DNA of 64,000 nt, taken from Eledone cirrhosa. Its lineage: Eukaryota. Numbering within the stretch: position 1 is the first letter of the stretch; each line of letters opens with the position of its first letter. Positions 25,058 to 38,678 of the stretch are shown here, piece after piece. The stretch lies in assembly GCA_964016885.1 (NCBI GenBank), contig OZ024742.1:156302001-156366000 (forward strand), written 5' to 3'. Below the pieces are notes generated by a model, which was not told where the DNA came from, did not search any database, and saw only the letters and a list, made by a program, of their open reading frames with translations. A program made the translations under genes and the position numbers.

Positions 25058-27673
25058 TAGAAACAACCAAAGAAACGTCTACAGAAAAATTGGTAAGTCA
25101 ACAATAACTGCTAAATCAATACCACCCAAGGAGGAAGTGCAAGAATTCAGGGAAAAGATCTGGTCCGAAGAAAAAGTTCATAACATACATGCCCCATGGA
25201 TAGACAGACACATGAAAGATACAGCTCACCTTGAGGAATAAATATTGGAAAACATAACAGTTGAAAAGTTGCTCTTGGCTCTAAGAAAAACCAGCAAATG
25301 GAAATCCCCAGGAAAAGATAAAATACAACATTTTTGGATAAATGCCTTCACAGAGTCTCATGAGCTGTTAGCCCAACTTTACAATGGAATAGTTAAGAAG
25401 CCAGAAAAGATACCATCATGGCTAGTTAACGGCATTACATTCCTGCTTCCGAAGAAAGATGAGACTAACAATACCAACAATTACAGACCGATAACTTGCT
25501 TGACCACAATGTATAACATTTTAACATCAGTCCTAACTGAATACACATATGACCACCTGATAACAAATGACCTATTTCCCATTGAGCAGAAAGGGTGTAA
25601 ACGAGGCGCATATGGCTGTAAGGATCAGCTTTTGGTTAACAAAATGATACTGGAAGATTGTCATAATAGACACAAAAATCTATCAATTGCTTGGATAGAT
25701 TATAAAAAAGCATTCGATAGTTTGCAACACAGTTGGATTGAAAAATGATTAGAGATTTTCAAAATATCCCCCGTTGTCAGGAGGTTTTTGTCATTCAGTA
25801 TGAAGACATGGAGAACGACACTCCTTTTGAATAGTGAAACAAAATCACTGGAAGCTGGAGAAGTTAATATTAATTGTGGAATTTTTCAGAGTGACTCTTT
25901 ATCACCGCTTTTATTCTGCATCGAACTTGCTCAATGAAACAAAACATGGATATAGAGTCCATGACAAAACCATTAATCACTTGTATTACGTGGATGACCT
26001 GAAACTATTTGCAAAAAATGATGAACAATTGCAAAGGCTATTATCCACTGTGGAGCAGTTCAGTGTTGACATTAAAATGGAGTTTGGACTAGATAAATGC
26101 GCCAAAGCAACGTTCACCAGAGGAAAGCTGCTGAAGAGTTCAGACATTAATCTTGATCGGGGGAACGTGATAAAAGAACTTGATCAAGAAAAAACTTACG
26201 AATATCAAGGTGTTTGTGAAAGAGACGGAATCAAGCACTCGACAATGAGGGAAAGGATAAGGAAGGAATGTTACCGCAGAGTAAGAGCAATCTTAAGAAC
26301 GGAATTGAATGCAAGGAATAGGATCGATGCCATAAACACGCTTGCCATACCAGTAGTAATCTACAGTTACAATGTCATCAACTAGTCAAGCACAGAGATC
26401 CGTAGGCTCGATACAAAAATTCGAAAATTCTTAACCATGCGCAGAATGCATCACCCTAAGGCAGACATAGATAGAATATATCTCCCTAGGAAAGAAGGAG
26501 GACGTGGGTTAGTCCAGTTAGACATTGCGTTGAAAACTGCAACAATTGGATTATCTACATATATAAAGGAATCACATGATTGGATGATCAAACTCGTTTT
26601 GAAACACGAAAGCATCAAAAGATCATATTCCATTACAAAAGATGCACAAATATACAGTAATGGACTACAAATTTCAGAAGTCCCATTAACTGCTGAAATG
26701 GAAAACACAGAAAAAGCAAAGCAGGTAAAAGTAACTGCAAAGAAAGAACTGCTACAGAAACTGGCTAAGAAATGGCAAGAAAAGCCTTCGCATGGAAAAT
26801 ACCCAGAACGAGCTAACAATCCTGATGTTGACAAAACTTTAACCCATCAGTGGTTGGCATCCTCTGGACTGAAATCGGAGAGTGAAGGACTGATTATATC
26901 AGCACAAGATCAGTGTCTGCCAACAAAATATTACCAAGCCAACATAATAAAAAATGGATGCAGCCCATTATGCCGTGTGTGCAAAAAACAACCAGAGACC
27001 ATTGACCATATAATTTCAATGTGCAGTCCTATAGCTCCAACCGAATACCTAAACAGGCATGACAGAGCTGCAGAATACATACTTTGGATAATGTGTAAGC
27101 ATTTTGACCTGCCCCATCAAAAGAATTGGTGGGGGCATCAACCACCTCCCATACTTCAAAAAGATCACATCTCAATCTTGTGGAACTTTAGCATCCAAAC
27201 AGACCGAAAAATAGATGCAAATAGACCTGATATAATATTGAAGGATTTTAAAAAGAGGGTATGCCTGTTAATTGATATGTCCGTTCCAATAGACAAGAAT
27301 GTATCTATAAAAACATTTGAAAAATTGAGCAAGTATAAGGATCTGAAATTGGAAAAATGTGGAAATTGAGAACTAAAACAATACCAGTGGTTGTGGGCGC
27401 TCTGGGAATGATACCTAAGGGGTCTAATGATTACTTATCGCAAATCCAAAGAAACCCGCGTATAGGAGAAATACAAAAGATAGTACTAATGGGAACTGCC
27501 CATATACTAAGGAAGATTCTGTCAAAATAAGTACATCACATGTCTAAACGCTAAAGATGCATGTGTAAGTATGTATGTTCTTTCTTGAACATGGCGGACC
27601 TTGTTGTCTCTTGGGGTCACTGGTTGTGACTTGGTGATAACTCGTATGAACATAAAGCAAGATAAATGCAACT

Positions 27674-27674
<1 letters not shown>
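25058..27674 (+). mobile_element. Dong/R4 family 2 copy D (5'-truncated)
   Basis: KSPGKD, YRPITCL, EQKGC, WIDYKKAFD, YVDDLKL, CCHC and RLE. The 3' UTR matches copy C. Ends at (TAA)n 27675-27710. Confidence 0.9.
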
Positions 27675-27712
<38 letters not shown>

Positions 27713-28169
27713 GAAAAACATTCATAGTTATCAAAATAGAATAAAAGTTAAATAAATTATAAAGTGAATCAAACTGAAGATAGAGGAGAACAATATTTAA
27801 ATAAAAAGCGTTCCGAAGGATGGAGAAAAAGAGCTAAAAAAAAACAAAATACAACGAATAGAAAATAAATAAATTATGTGAGACACCTCAGCGACCCATA
27901 GAAATGAAACATATATAACGCAAGAGGGAGGAGATGAGGAACAGAGTCACAGTATGAGATTCTAATATTAATTGAGCAGCATAACTAAAGGGTAGAGCAG
28001 AAGGAAGACATGACCACAGTCGTTGTAACAATATTTACCAAGGGGAGTAGTACGAGCTGGAGATATGTAACGCTGAGATTAAGCACCGTCGTGATTGTGA
28101 AGAAACAGTTGACAGCTACATTTAAAAAGAAGGGGATACGAAAGTGTGGAATGGCGTACGAATATGTAC

Positions 28170-28385
28170 AGTGGATTGGCAGTATCGGTATAGGGTCGAA
28201 CGCCATGCTTTGCTATATAGAGTTATGGCCCTTTATGATCTGATTTCAAATCCCGCCGAGATTAACTTTGCCTTTCATCCTTACGGGGTCGATAAAATAA
28301 AGTACCAGTCATGCTCTGGAGTCGATTTAATCGACTTTTCCCTCCCTCAAAATTGCTGGCCATCTGGCTATATAAAATAAACCAA
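28170..28385 (+). mobile_element. tRNA-derived SINE (octopod-type)
   Basis: Same consensus as the other copies. Confidence 0.75.
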
Positions 28386-28589
28386 TATATACTTAACCCG
28401 TTACGTAAGAATATGTAAATACGCGCAAAGATTGTGCATTATAAAATAGATTTAAGTGAGTGTGTTGTTATATATGTGTAAATGAATTTGCATGTGTACA
28501 GATATTAAAGACCGCCAGAACGAAGATAATGACCAGTTCCCAACATTTCATTAGTTAAGTTCCTATTTACTTTCTCCAGCCGCAACCTG

Positions 28590-28880
28590 GTGCGGTCTGC
28601 AACTAACACAGGTTCTGCTGCGCGTCGGGCTGAGGAGGCCAAACTCTTCAATTACCGGTCACTCTCCGACAGGTTTGCGGTTGCACCCTTGGCAGTGGAG
28701 ACTTCTGGTGTCCTCGGCCCTAGGGCTACCTCCCTACTCACCACCATAGGCGCTTAGCTGGCCAACCACAGGTGTGAGCCTTGTGAGCTGGAATGGCTTT
28801 TCCAGTGGTTCTCCCTTGCCGTCCTTCGGGGAAACGCCTTCTCCATTCTGTCCGCCGGGGCTGTGTGGAGGCCGCCAATA
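28590..28880 (+). mobile_element. CRE-clade non-LTR retrotransposon C-terminal fragment
   Basis: GSAARRAEEAKL.NY..L..RFAVAPLAVETSGVLGP...LEWLFQWFSLAVLRGNAFSIL, the typical CRE RLE C-terminus. Confidence 0.7.
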
Positions 28881-29509
28881 TGATTGGCTGACTTGTCATT
28901 TTATCAGTCACGTATTTTCAGACATCACCCAGTTAAATATGTCTAGTAACACAAGTGAACTGAATATACTAGGGAAGCCGACGTCCGATTTACGGGAAAC
29001 TTATTTTATACCATTTGTATTCGCATTTCATGGTCAACTTCAGTTTCTATTTTACTGCGACATATTTCTTGTCATCTGACTATTACCGCGACTATTGGTG
29101 TCTTCAACACCATTTCTTGTGGCGGTTCAAGCAAATCACAATGTTATTATATGAGCGTCACGTTCTCTGTGTGTTTCTTTCGGAGTGTGCCCCCCCCCCA
29201 CACACACACACACACTTCAAGCCTATCTGGATCTTTTCCTCAGGTATTGTACAACATAAATACAGTACATTTAATTCTATAGATGTAAGTTTTATTTTCT
29301 TTGGTTTCATTGCGTTTTAAAACTTGAAACCTAGGTATTTGAGTATTTTGTTGGTCACTGAAAACCCGGAGGGAAAAGCACTGTTGTCAGTAGGGGCAGA
29401 AGCTGTGTAAGTCTGTGCATTTCGACTATCAGTGTCTACCGACTTTGGCACATGTCCCTGATACATACATACACACACACACCTCATATTTATATATATA
29501 TACATCTCA

Positions 29510-29556
<47 letters not shown>

Positions 29557-29557
29557 C

Positions 29558-29594
<37 letters not shown>

Positions 29595-30579
29595 GGGAGG
29601 GAGATAGATATAAATAGGGAGAGAGGGAGGGAGAGAGAGAGCGAGAGAGATATAAAGAGAAATTGAGAGAGGTAGCTTGGTATGTTGATAGAGAGATAGA
29701 TAGAGAGACTGAGACTGAGTATTTCTTGTATAAGGACAGTACGATCACCTAAAAATTCATTTGATGCTTTCCTACACAGAGATTTTAGGTAATTCACTCT
29801 TGGTTGTACTTGTGTTTATGATTTAAAACATCATATCTCAAGTCAAAAAACTCTGGGGAAAAAACACACAGAACAAGCACGACACATACTTAGATAAAAG
29901 ACAAAATGCAAATGTATATCAGTAAAAGATCATTTTTCAACTTGACTCTTTCATTTTAAAATAAAATCTACTGTATTTACTAACATCCACATTCTTTTTG
30001 TTTAAAGAAAAGAGAAATATATTTTCAATCTGAACATCGTTAAGTCCCAAAGGAGATATTGTAATTCTGATATGCGTGGTAATTTCTAATTTAAGAATTG
30101 AAGATCCATAAATCATATGAATATCTCAATAAAGCAAGAAAAATTGGAAAAGAAATAACAGTATTATTCGTAAAAATGAGCAACAAAATTCCGAATCGCT
30201 GCCAGAAACGTTTTAATAAACCAGAGTGCAGGCAAGTGTAATAATTCAATTTAACATCATTCGAATAATATAAAGTGAATATATAAGGCAATAAAATTTA
30301 GTCACCCTTCACTGGTTTCAGGGAAAAAATTTTTAAAAAATATATATTTAAAAAAAAAAAATACTACAGTGTATTTTAATACTGGCGACTGCCTCCAAAA
30401 TAACTGATTTCAATAGTCAAGAGGCTTGAAACGACTGGAATGTGAAGAAAGTTGTGAGTGGAAGCATCATAAAGATTTTTTTTTTCATGTATCATCTGCA
30501 TTTAGTTTTCTTCTTCGTCTACTTTTTTTATACTGTCTTCTTGTCACTGCTGTTGTAAAATTATTAATTTTGATACTGG

Positions 30580-30697
30580 TTTCTTCTTCTTCTTCTTCTT
30601 CTTCTTCTTCTTCTTCTTCTTCTTCTTCTTCTTCTTCTTCTTCTTCTTCTTCTTCTTCTTCTTCTTCTTCTTCTTCTTCTTTTTCTTCTTCTTCTTC
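30580..30697. repeat. (TTC)n microsatellite
   Basis: Read directly. Confidence 0.95.
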
Positions 30698-30774
30698 TCA
30701 CCCGACGACATTAACTTTTTCATTCCACAATTTTTTCATATTTTACGTCTCATGCAGTTGAAGAATGTTATCCA

Positions 30775-31215
30775 AGAAACAACGGATTCTTATCTAAGCA
30801 CAAGGCCAACAATTTTGTGATAGAGAAAGTCGATAAAATCGACACAGTGAGGGACTGATACATTATTTTATTGACAGCGTAAGGATGAAACGCAAATATA
30901 ATATCGGAGGTCTTCGATGTCAGAACGTAAAGAGCCAGAACAAATAGAGACAAGGATATCGTCGACATTCGAACTCCTACAATCAATATTACTACGGCGG
31001 TAGATTGGCAGAATCGGTAGAGGGTCGGACGCTATGCTTTGAAGCATAGAGTTACCTACCTTTATGATCTGAGTTCAAATCCAGCCGAGGTTAACTTTGC
31101 CTTTCAACCTTACGAGGCCGATAAAATAAAGCACCAGTAATGCACTGGTTTCGATTTAATCTACAATCCTCTCCCTCAAAATTGCTGGCCTTGTTCCTAA
31201 AGTAGAAACATTATT
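30775..31215. mobile_element. Back-to-back SINE pair (degenerate - copy 30775-30990; + copy 30996-31215)
   Basis: Both match the SINE consensus, in opposite orientations. Confidence 0.7.
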
Positions 31216-31514
31216 ATTATTATGACAATAATGCTTGAATGATATGCATTTTGCTTTTCTTTCTCTTCCATTAAAACATATTTGTATCCTCTCTGTATTT
31301 TCGTTATCTCATGTAATCGAGAGTTTGTATGTAAACGTGTATGTCAGGATAGATGACGTATCTAATACGAATCTAAAGAAATCAATCAAATTTATGATGC
31401 AGACGCTTCTGAAATACAGTAGCAATCTGTCTTGTATCCATAGCCAACACAATCTTGAACTTAATTAGTTGCATACCTCTAGAGAACAAATATCCACATC
31501 CAACATGAAATCTG

Positions 31515-31547
<33 letters not shown>

Positions 31548-31847
31548 CGGGGTAACAGATTATTGTTATAGGTAGGCCACCAGACCTACATTGTTTAAAG
31601 CCACCGGCTTATCTTTACACTATATATAATACACCCATGACAGCTCTTACATGTCAATGTTATACATCTGCCTCATGTCGGCGAGTTTTACACGCTAAAA
31701 TCGTAGATATACTATATTTCTCACCTAGATTGATGTTGTGATTATTTCAAATAATTTATTGCTAGCATTGTTAGTATTGTTGTTATTGTTCTGATTAAAT
31801 GCCATTACTACTATATATAGTAGCCATGCCTGTATATTCCTTTCATT

Positions 31848-31951
31848 CTCACAAGCTCCGATGAATTGACCGGTTACTACAACGTATCGGTGATCGATTG
31901 ACGTGAAAAGAAGCGGGTAGCGATCTCAGTGAAACAATTGTCAGCAATGAG
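31848..31951 (+). ncRNA. Type I HHR-like motif, CCGATGA core
   Basis: CTCA..GCT-CCGATGA-ATTGA...TCAGT-GAAAC-AATT-GTC-AGC..TGAG. Confidence 0.55.
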
Positions 31952-31998
31952 ATTAAAAACCTTTTTTGTATAGCAAACCGTGTCACTCTTCTTTCCTG

Positions 31999-32038
<40 letters not shown>

Positions 32039-32095
32039 AATTGAGGTTGGTAAAATTTTAACTCTTCGTATTATTAATTTTTCTTAATATTAATC

Positions 32096-32143
32096 AACAT
32101 TTGAAAAGATGGCTTTTGCAGACCCATCGAAACCGGTCATTTT
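32096..32143 (+). ncRNA. Type I minimal HHR, U3:A8 core, inside a small fold-back (32033-32252)
   Basis: AACAT-TTGAAAA-GATGG...CCATC-GAAAC-CG-GTC-ATTTT; stem III palindrome ACCGGT. Confidence 0.65.
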
Positions 32144-32290
32144 TTATACCCTTTATTATTTCCTTACCTTATAAAATTATATGTTTTTTCACAAAAAAGT
32201 ATTCTGTCTCTTATATATTTCATGTGCCATTACCAACCTCAATTTTCTCTATAACCTTCGTTTTGTGTAGAAAATTACACTTTTCATATA

Positions 32291-32384
<94 letters not shown>

Positions 32385-33324
32385 TATATTCATTTACAGG
32401 GTCTCCGAAAAGGTGCATATATTTATTTATTAGAAAGCAGTTGAAGTGTGTACATATTGTTTGGTACAGCCTGTATATATGGATTATTGCAGGTACGTAT
32501 GTATGTACGTGCAACATTTTAGAGTACCGATTTACTCAACATTGCACTTACATGCTGCATTTAGTGAATAAATCGCCACGAACTTTAATAGATATAATTT
32601 ATTATTGGCAGTCTGTTCAAGAGACTTGGTAATATCTCGTTAGTTATAAAAGTGCAGTGCTGACGTAACTTCCAAAATGATTAATGATTAAGCATTTCAT
32701 TTTGGGTGTTCGAGAAATGAAATACATGCAGTAATTTCATCTCAATAACATAATCTGCCATAGTGGTGCGTCTTCTATTATAATTAAACATATTGCTTGT
32801 ATCGTCATCTTCCCACAATATCAACTAATTCCTTTCTCTCAACATCTAAAATAATCCGACCAATCATAGAGTAGGAAATATTTTAGGGCCTGCCAACAAC
32901 TGGCATATTAATCTCACTGCCAATGGCTGATGTGAATGAGTGTAAACGCCTACGTGCTTTATTATATTCATATATATTTTTTTTTCTTGTGGAATAAAAA
33001 CACTAATAGCATTTTGGCAACGAAACCAACGGGGGCATTACAGCAAAGTAGATAGATCAGCTAAAAATGGCAACGTAATGTCAGTGAAATCGAAAAGGAG
33101 GTTTTAAAGCTGGTGGTCGGTGGATATTTATTTCACAGATACAATAGTTTACGAAAAAGAAGGACGTATCTTGGACTCAAATACAACAGTAGCATTCTAA
33201 CGCTCCTTTACCTCTAGTGTGTAACATGTATAACGTAGGATGGGTCTTCAATTGAAAAACAAATTAGATCTGTCCTTAATTGTGACTATCTGATGTAAGC
33301 GGGTAATATGATGCTCTGTTAATA

Positions 33325-34590
33325 TGAAATAGCGATATATATATGAATCTATATATAGTGTATTTTGCAATAGACTGTATGTTTAATTAAAAGCATTTTG
33401 AAGACCTTACGCTATTGTTTTAAAGTATCGAGAATGTCACTTACTTCAATTTTCAGCAAACAGGGGATATAAGCTGACAGAACTATGTTTCGTAATTGTT
33501 GGTACTTATCAAAGCTCACGATTCCTCCGGTTTGTCGGAAATATGGATGTTGGATTCTTATAGAATTACAGTAATAATCATGAACTGATTATACAGAGCA
33601 GTTGCCGGTCCAGCACAAATTGAAAATTAGAAATGGTGCTCTGAAATAACGATATATATATGAATGCATATATAGTGTATTTTACAATACACGGTATGCT
33701 TAATTAAAGCATTTTGAAGACGTTACGCTATTGTTTTAAAGATGATGTCACTTACTTCAATTTTCAGCAAACAGGGGAGATAAGCTGAGAGAGCTCTGTT
33801 TCGTACTTGTTGGTACTCATCAAAGCTCACTACTCCTCCCTGTTTGCCGAAAATTATGAATGTTGGATTCTTATAGAATTCCAGTTAGAATAAGGAACTG
33901 ACTATACAGAACGGTTGCCGGTCAAGCTCCTAAATAAGCATACAGAGTATTGCAAAATACATTATATATTCATTCATATATATATCGCTATTTCAGGGCA
34001 CCAATTCTAGTTTTCAATGTTTGTGGACCGGCAACCGCACTGTATAATCAGTTCCTGAATATTACTGGAATTCTATAAGAATCCAACATTCATAATTTTC
34101 GGCCAACAGGAGGAGTGGTGAGCTTCCACAAGTACGAAACAGAGCTCTGTCAGCTTATCTCCCCTGTTTGCTGAAAATTGAAGTAAGTGACATTGTCGCT
34201 ACTTTAAAACAATAGCGTAAGGTCTTCAAAATGCTTTTAATTAATCATACAGTGTATTGCAAAATACACTATATATATATTCATAAGTATTTCGCTATTT
34301 CAGATCACCAATTCTGATTGTTATGTTTGCTGGACCGGCAACCGCTCTATATAATCAGTTCCTGATTATTACCTGAATTCTATAAGAATCCAACATTCAT
34401 AATCTTCGGCAAACAGGAGGAGTGGTGAGCTTTCATAAGTACCAACAAGTACGAAACAGAGTTATGTCAGTTTATCTCCCCTGTTTGCTGAACATAGAAG
34501 TAAGTGACATTGTCGCTACTTCAAAACAATAGCGTAAGGTCTTCAAAGTGCTTTTAATTATGCATACAGTGTATTGCAAAATACACTATA
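33325..34590. repeat. ~317-bp HHR-bearing tandem repeat (retrozyme-like): two units on -, two on +
   Basis: Units begin TGAAATARCGATATATA at 33325 and 33642, with inverted copies at ~33945-34590. Each has an HHR motif (33472-33517 -, 33783-33828 -, 34120-34155 +, 34427-34472 +). Confidence 0.85.
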
Positions 34591-35395
34591 AATACAGTTT
34601 GTTAATATGTTTCACACTATCATTCGGCCTGTGGGGAGGCTTATCTATACGTGTGAATAAATCTTACTTATCACCAAGAAAGTCTGCGTTGGTGATGTTC
34701 GTGTATATTCTGATTTTATGTCCTAGGATTCTAAACTATTTAAATTGAACCCTTACGGAACCAGCCTAGGGTATGTGGGAATCTAAGTTTATGTGTATGA
34801 TGAATGTATAATCTTACAACCTTACATGCATCAGACTTTTATTGGGACTCCATGAAGACGTCGAATGAATCATCTACTTTGGATTTTCCCCAAAGGTTAT
34901 CGTGTTTCTCAACAATTTCTCAATAGGAATTAACTGACTTGGCAATATAAAGAAGACGCTTTTATTATATACAAGCTTTGTACATAATGTAACGAGTTCC
35001 TTTAATGTTTACAAAATCTTACAAATTATGTTACGAATATATTATGCATACACATCGATTCAAAGCTAAATACACGCATATTTCTGTAAATATGACTGTG
35101 TACAATTATAATCACCAGGATTATGTAGATACAGTCGCCTTTAGGACTATAAAAGTTAATCGTAGAGTGATGTTTTCTTCTTTAAATGTGTTCTTGACGC
35201 CTGATGAGTGAAGCCTACTGAGAACGACATCACAGTATACATTATTAGTCATAACTGTACCCCGAAATCTAATGTCATACACGCATACTAAGTGTATGAA
35301 CTTTAATATATACCAATTAAACTCTCTTGTACTGCGTTGATAATGTTTCTTTGGCCATCTATCTACGGATATCCTGCATCCCACACACTTATATA

Positions 35396-35424
<29 letters not shown>

Positions 35425-35434
<10 letters not shown>

Positions 35435-36036
35435 AAAGTAAGGCCATAGAATCATTTGATAAAATATATATAGTATATCTCCTCCCAATCAGCATAATCA
35501 ACCACATAAAGCATCAATTAAACGAGGCTATAAGTTTATAATATACCTATGAAGAAACAATAGATAAATAAATGATAGCTATTTTATCCGCGATCCACAG
35601 CCACCGAATATTTATCTAGTATTTCTAATAGCCCGTAGAAATTGATTAGACATATAGCCAACCATACACAATTATGTACAATTTCAAAGTTAGAAGAAAA
35701 AATGTACATAAACATACCAACATTATGTTTCTATCCCATGATGTTTCATTGGCTTTTTCGAAATATCCGATCATGGATATATTCACGAGTTTCGAGATCC
35801 TCAGGAAACAAACTCAATTGGACAAAGATTTTTATTAAATGATCCCCGCCAGAAACGAATTCAAAATGGCTAAGAATTGTCACATGGGCAGTGGTCATGT
35901 CAGAAAGCTTGTGATTGGTGCCTGACGACGAGTATGCTGGTTGCTAGAAAGCGCAGCTGAATACTGCCTAACGTTTCACTAAACCTGACGGGAGTATATA
36001 ACATATAGAGGTTTACATATACATAAAATAGACAGA

Positions 36037-36115
<79 letters not shown>

Positions 36116-36745
36116 TTGGCAACCAGTCACGGTTTGCCTCAATGACGAATTAATTAATCAAATAATCAACAATCAGAGCAATATATAAGAAAGTAAGTCC
36201 ATAGAATCATTTGATAAAATATATACTATATTTCCCCTCCCCATCAGCATAATCAACCACATAAAAAATCAATTAAACGAGGGTATAAAGTTAAAATGTA
36301 CCTACGAAGAAACAATACATATATAAATGATAGCTATTTTATCCGCGATCAACAGCCACAGAAGATTTACTTAATATTTCTAATAGCCCGTAGAAATTGA
36401 TTAGATATATAGCCAACCATAAATAATTAGGTACAAAATCAAAGTTAGAAGAAAAAAATGTACATAAACATACCAAATCTTCTGTGGCTCTGGATCGCGG
36501 ATATAATAGCTATCATTTAATTAGCTATTGTTTCTTCATAGGTACATTTTATACTTATAGCCTCGTTTAATTGATTTTTTATGTGGTTGATGATGCCGAT
36601 TGGGAGGAGAAATACTGTATATATTTTATCAAATGATTCTATGGACTTACTTTCTTATATATTGCTCTGATTTTTTTTATTATTTAATTAATTAATTCTT
36701 CATTGAGCCACACCTTGAATGGTTGCCAAAGACACACACATATAT
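35425..36745. repeat. Direct plus inverted repeat cluster (fold-back insertion family)
   Basis: 35430-35720 repeats directly at 36185-36478; 36155-36365 is inverted at 36480-36697. Confidence 0.7.
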
Positions 36746-36780
36746 ATATCTATGGCTATGTCTAGTTTATGTATATGTAA

Positions 36781-36864
<84 letters not shown>

Positions 36865-36867
36865 GTA

Positions 36868-37527
<660 letters not shown>

Positions 37528-37550
37528 ATTATTATTATTATATATATATT

Positions 37551-37660
<110 letters not shown>

Positions 37661-38204
37661 CATATATTTATATATGTATATATATATGAACAGAATATTT
37701 TCATCTTTTCTCAACGCCTAACAGACCAACACATTCTAGTACATCATAAATTACAATATCTCTTATTAAAACAATTTATCTGAAATAAGTGTTTCTTATA
37801 TTTGTCGGTAATAATGAAAGAGTAATAGTTCCTAGTGAACGATGCCTATTACTCTAAAAGTGATTAAAGGGTAGAATAGAGTGATTAAGCTAAATAGACT
37901 GAGAGAGAGAAAATAATCTAGAGAGACGAGGATTTCTTTATTCCAGATATGTGTATCCTCTACACTACGCTACCTGTATTCAAGTGACATAATATATTAC
38001 CTGTGTAAGAAGGTGTTAAGTTCTTTCATCTCTTATCGTTCTTGGCGAATGGGTTTTCTATACAATTTCTTTATGTGGTGGAAATGACAAAGGCATCAGG
38101 GAAGAACGATATATGGGATACATTTCGTGGTAGAAATCAGGGGAAATAATTAGTCTCAAATCTCACGCTGCCGCCTCATATGACAGATTCGGCAGTACAT
38201 ATAT

Positions 38205-38614
38205 ATATATAGTTAGATAGATACACAAGTATCAAAGTTATGTTTAATACATTTAATCGCTGACAATTGCTTCTTCCAAACTTAAGCCTGCAGTCATCGG
38301 AGCATTATCAATGTTTGCACATATAATTAACCTCCTATTCAACTGAAGAATCATACAGTTGAATAGGAGGTATAAACATTGATAATGCACTGAGGACCCC
38401 AATTTTAAGTTTGGAAGAAACAATTGGCAGCGATTAAATGTTTTAAAAATAACTGTGATACTTGTGTAATCTATGTTACTGCTCTGTAAAACAACTGATG
38501 TTCTTACATTGAGCTATTTCTCTTACTGGTAATAAGGTAGTAATAAATTACTGACCTTCCCTGTGTATAGTTGTTTGTAGTATAGTATATACATAACAAT
38601 AAATAGTACCTTTC

Positions 38615-38678
<64 letters not shown>

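Noticed and set aside
18903-26834. Minus-strand ORFs overlapping the R4 elements
   Set aside because: Antisense shadows of the RT frame with no independent motifs.
33325-34590. CRISPR-like array
   Set aside because: Whole units repeat with no unique spacers, there are no cas genes, and the context is eukaryotic.
35195-35280. CTGATGA...CGAAAT as a hammerhead
   Set aside because: No convincing stem I, II or III pairing.
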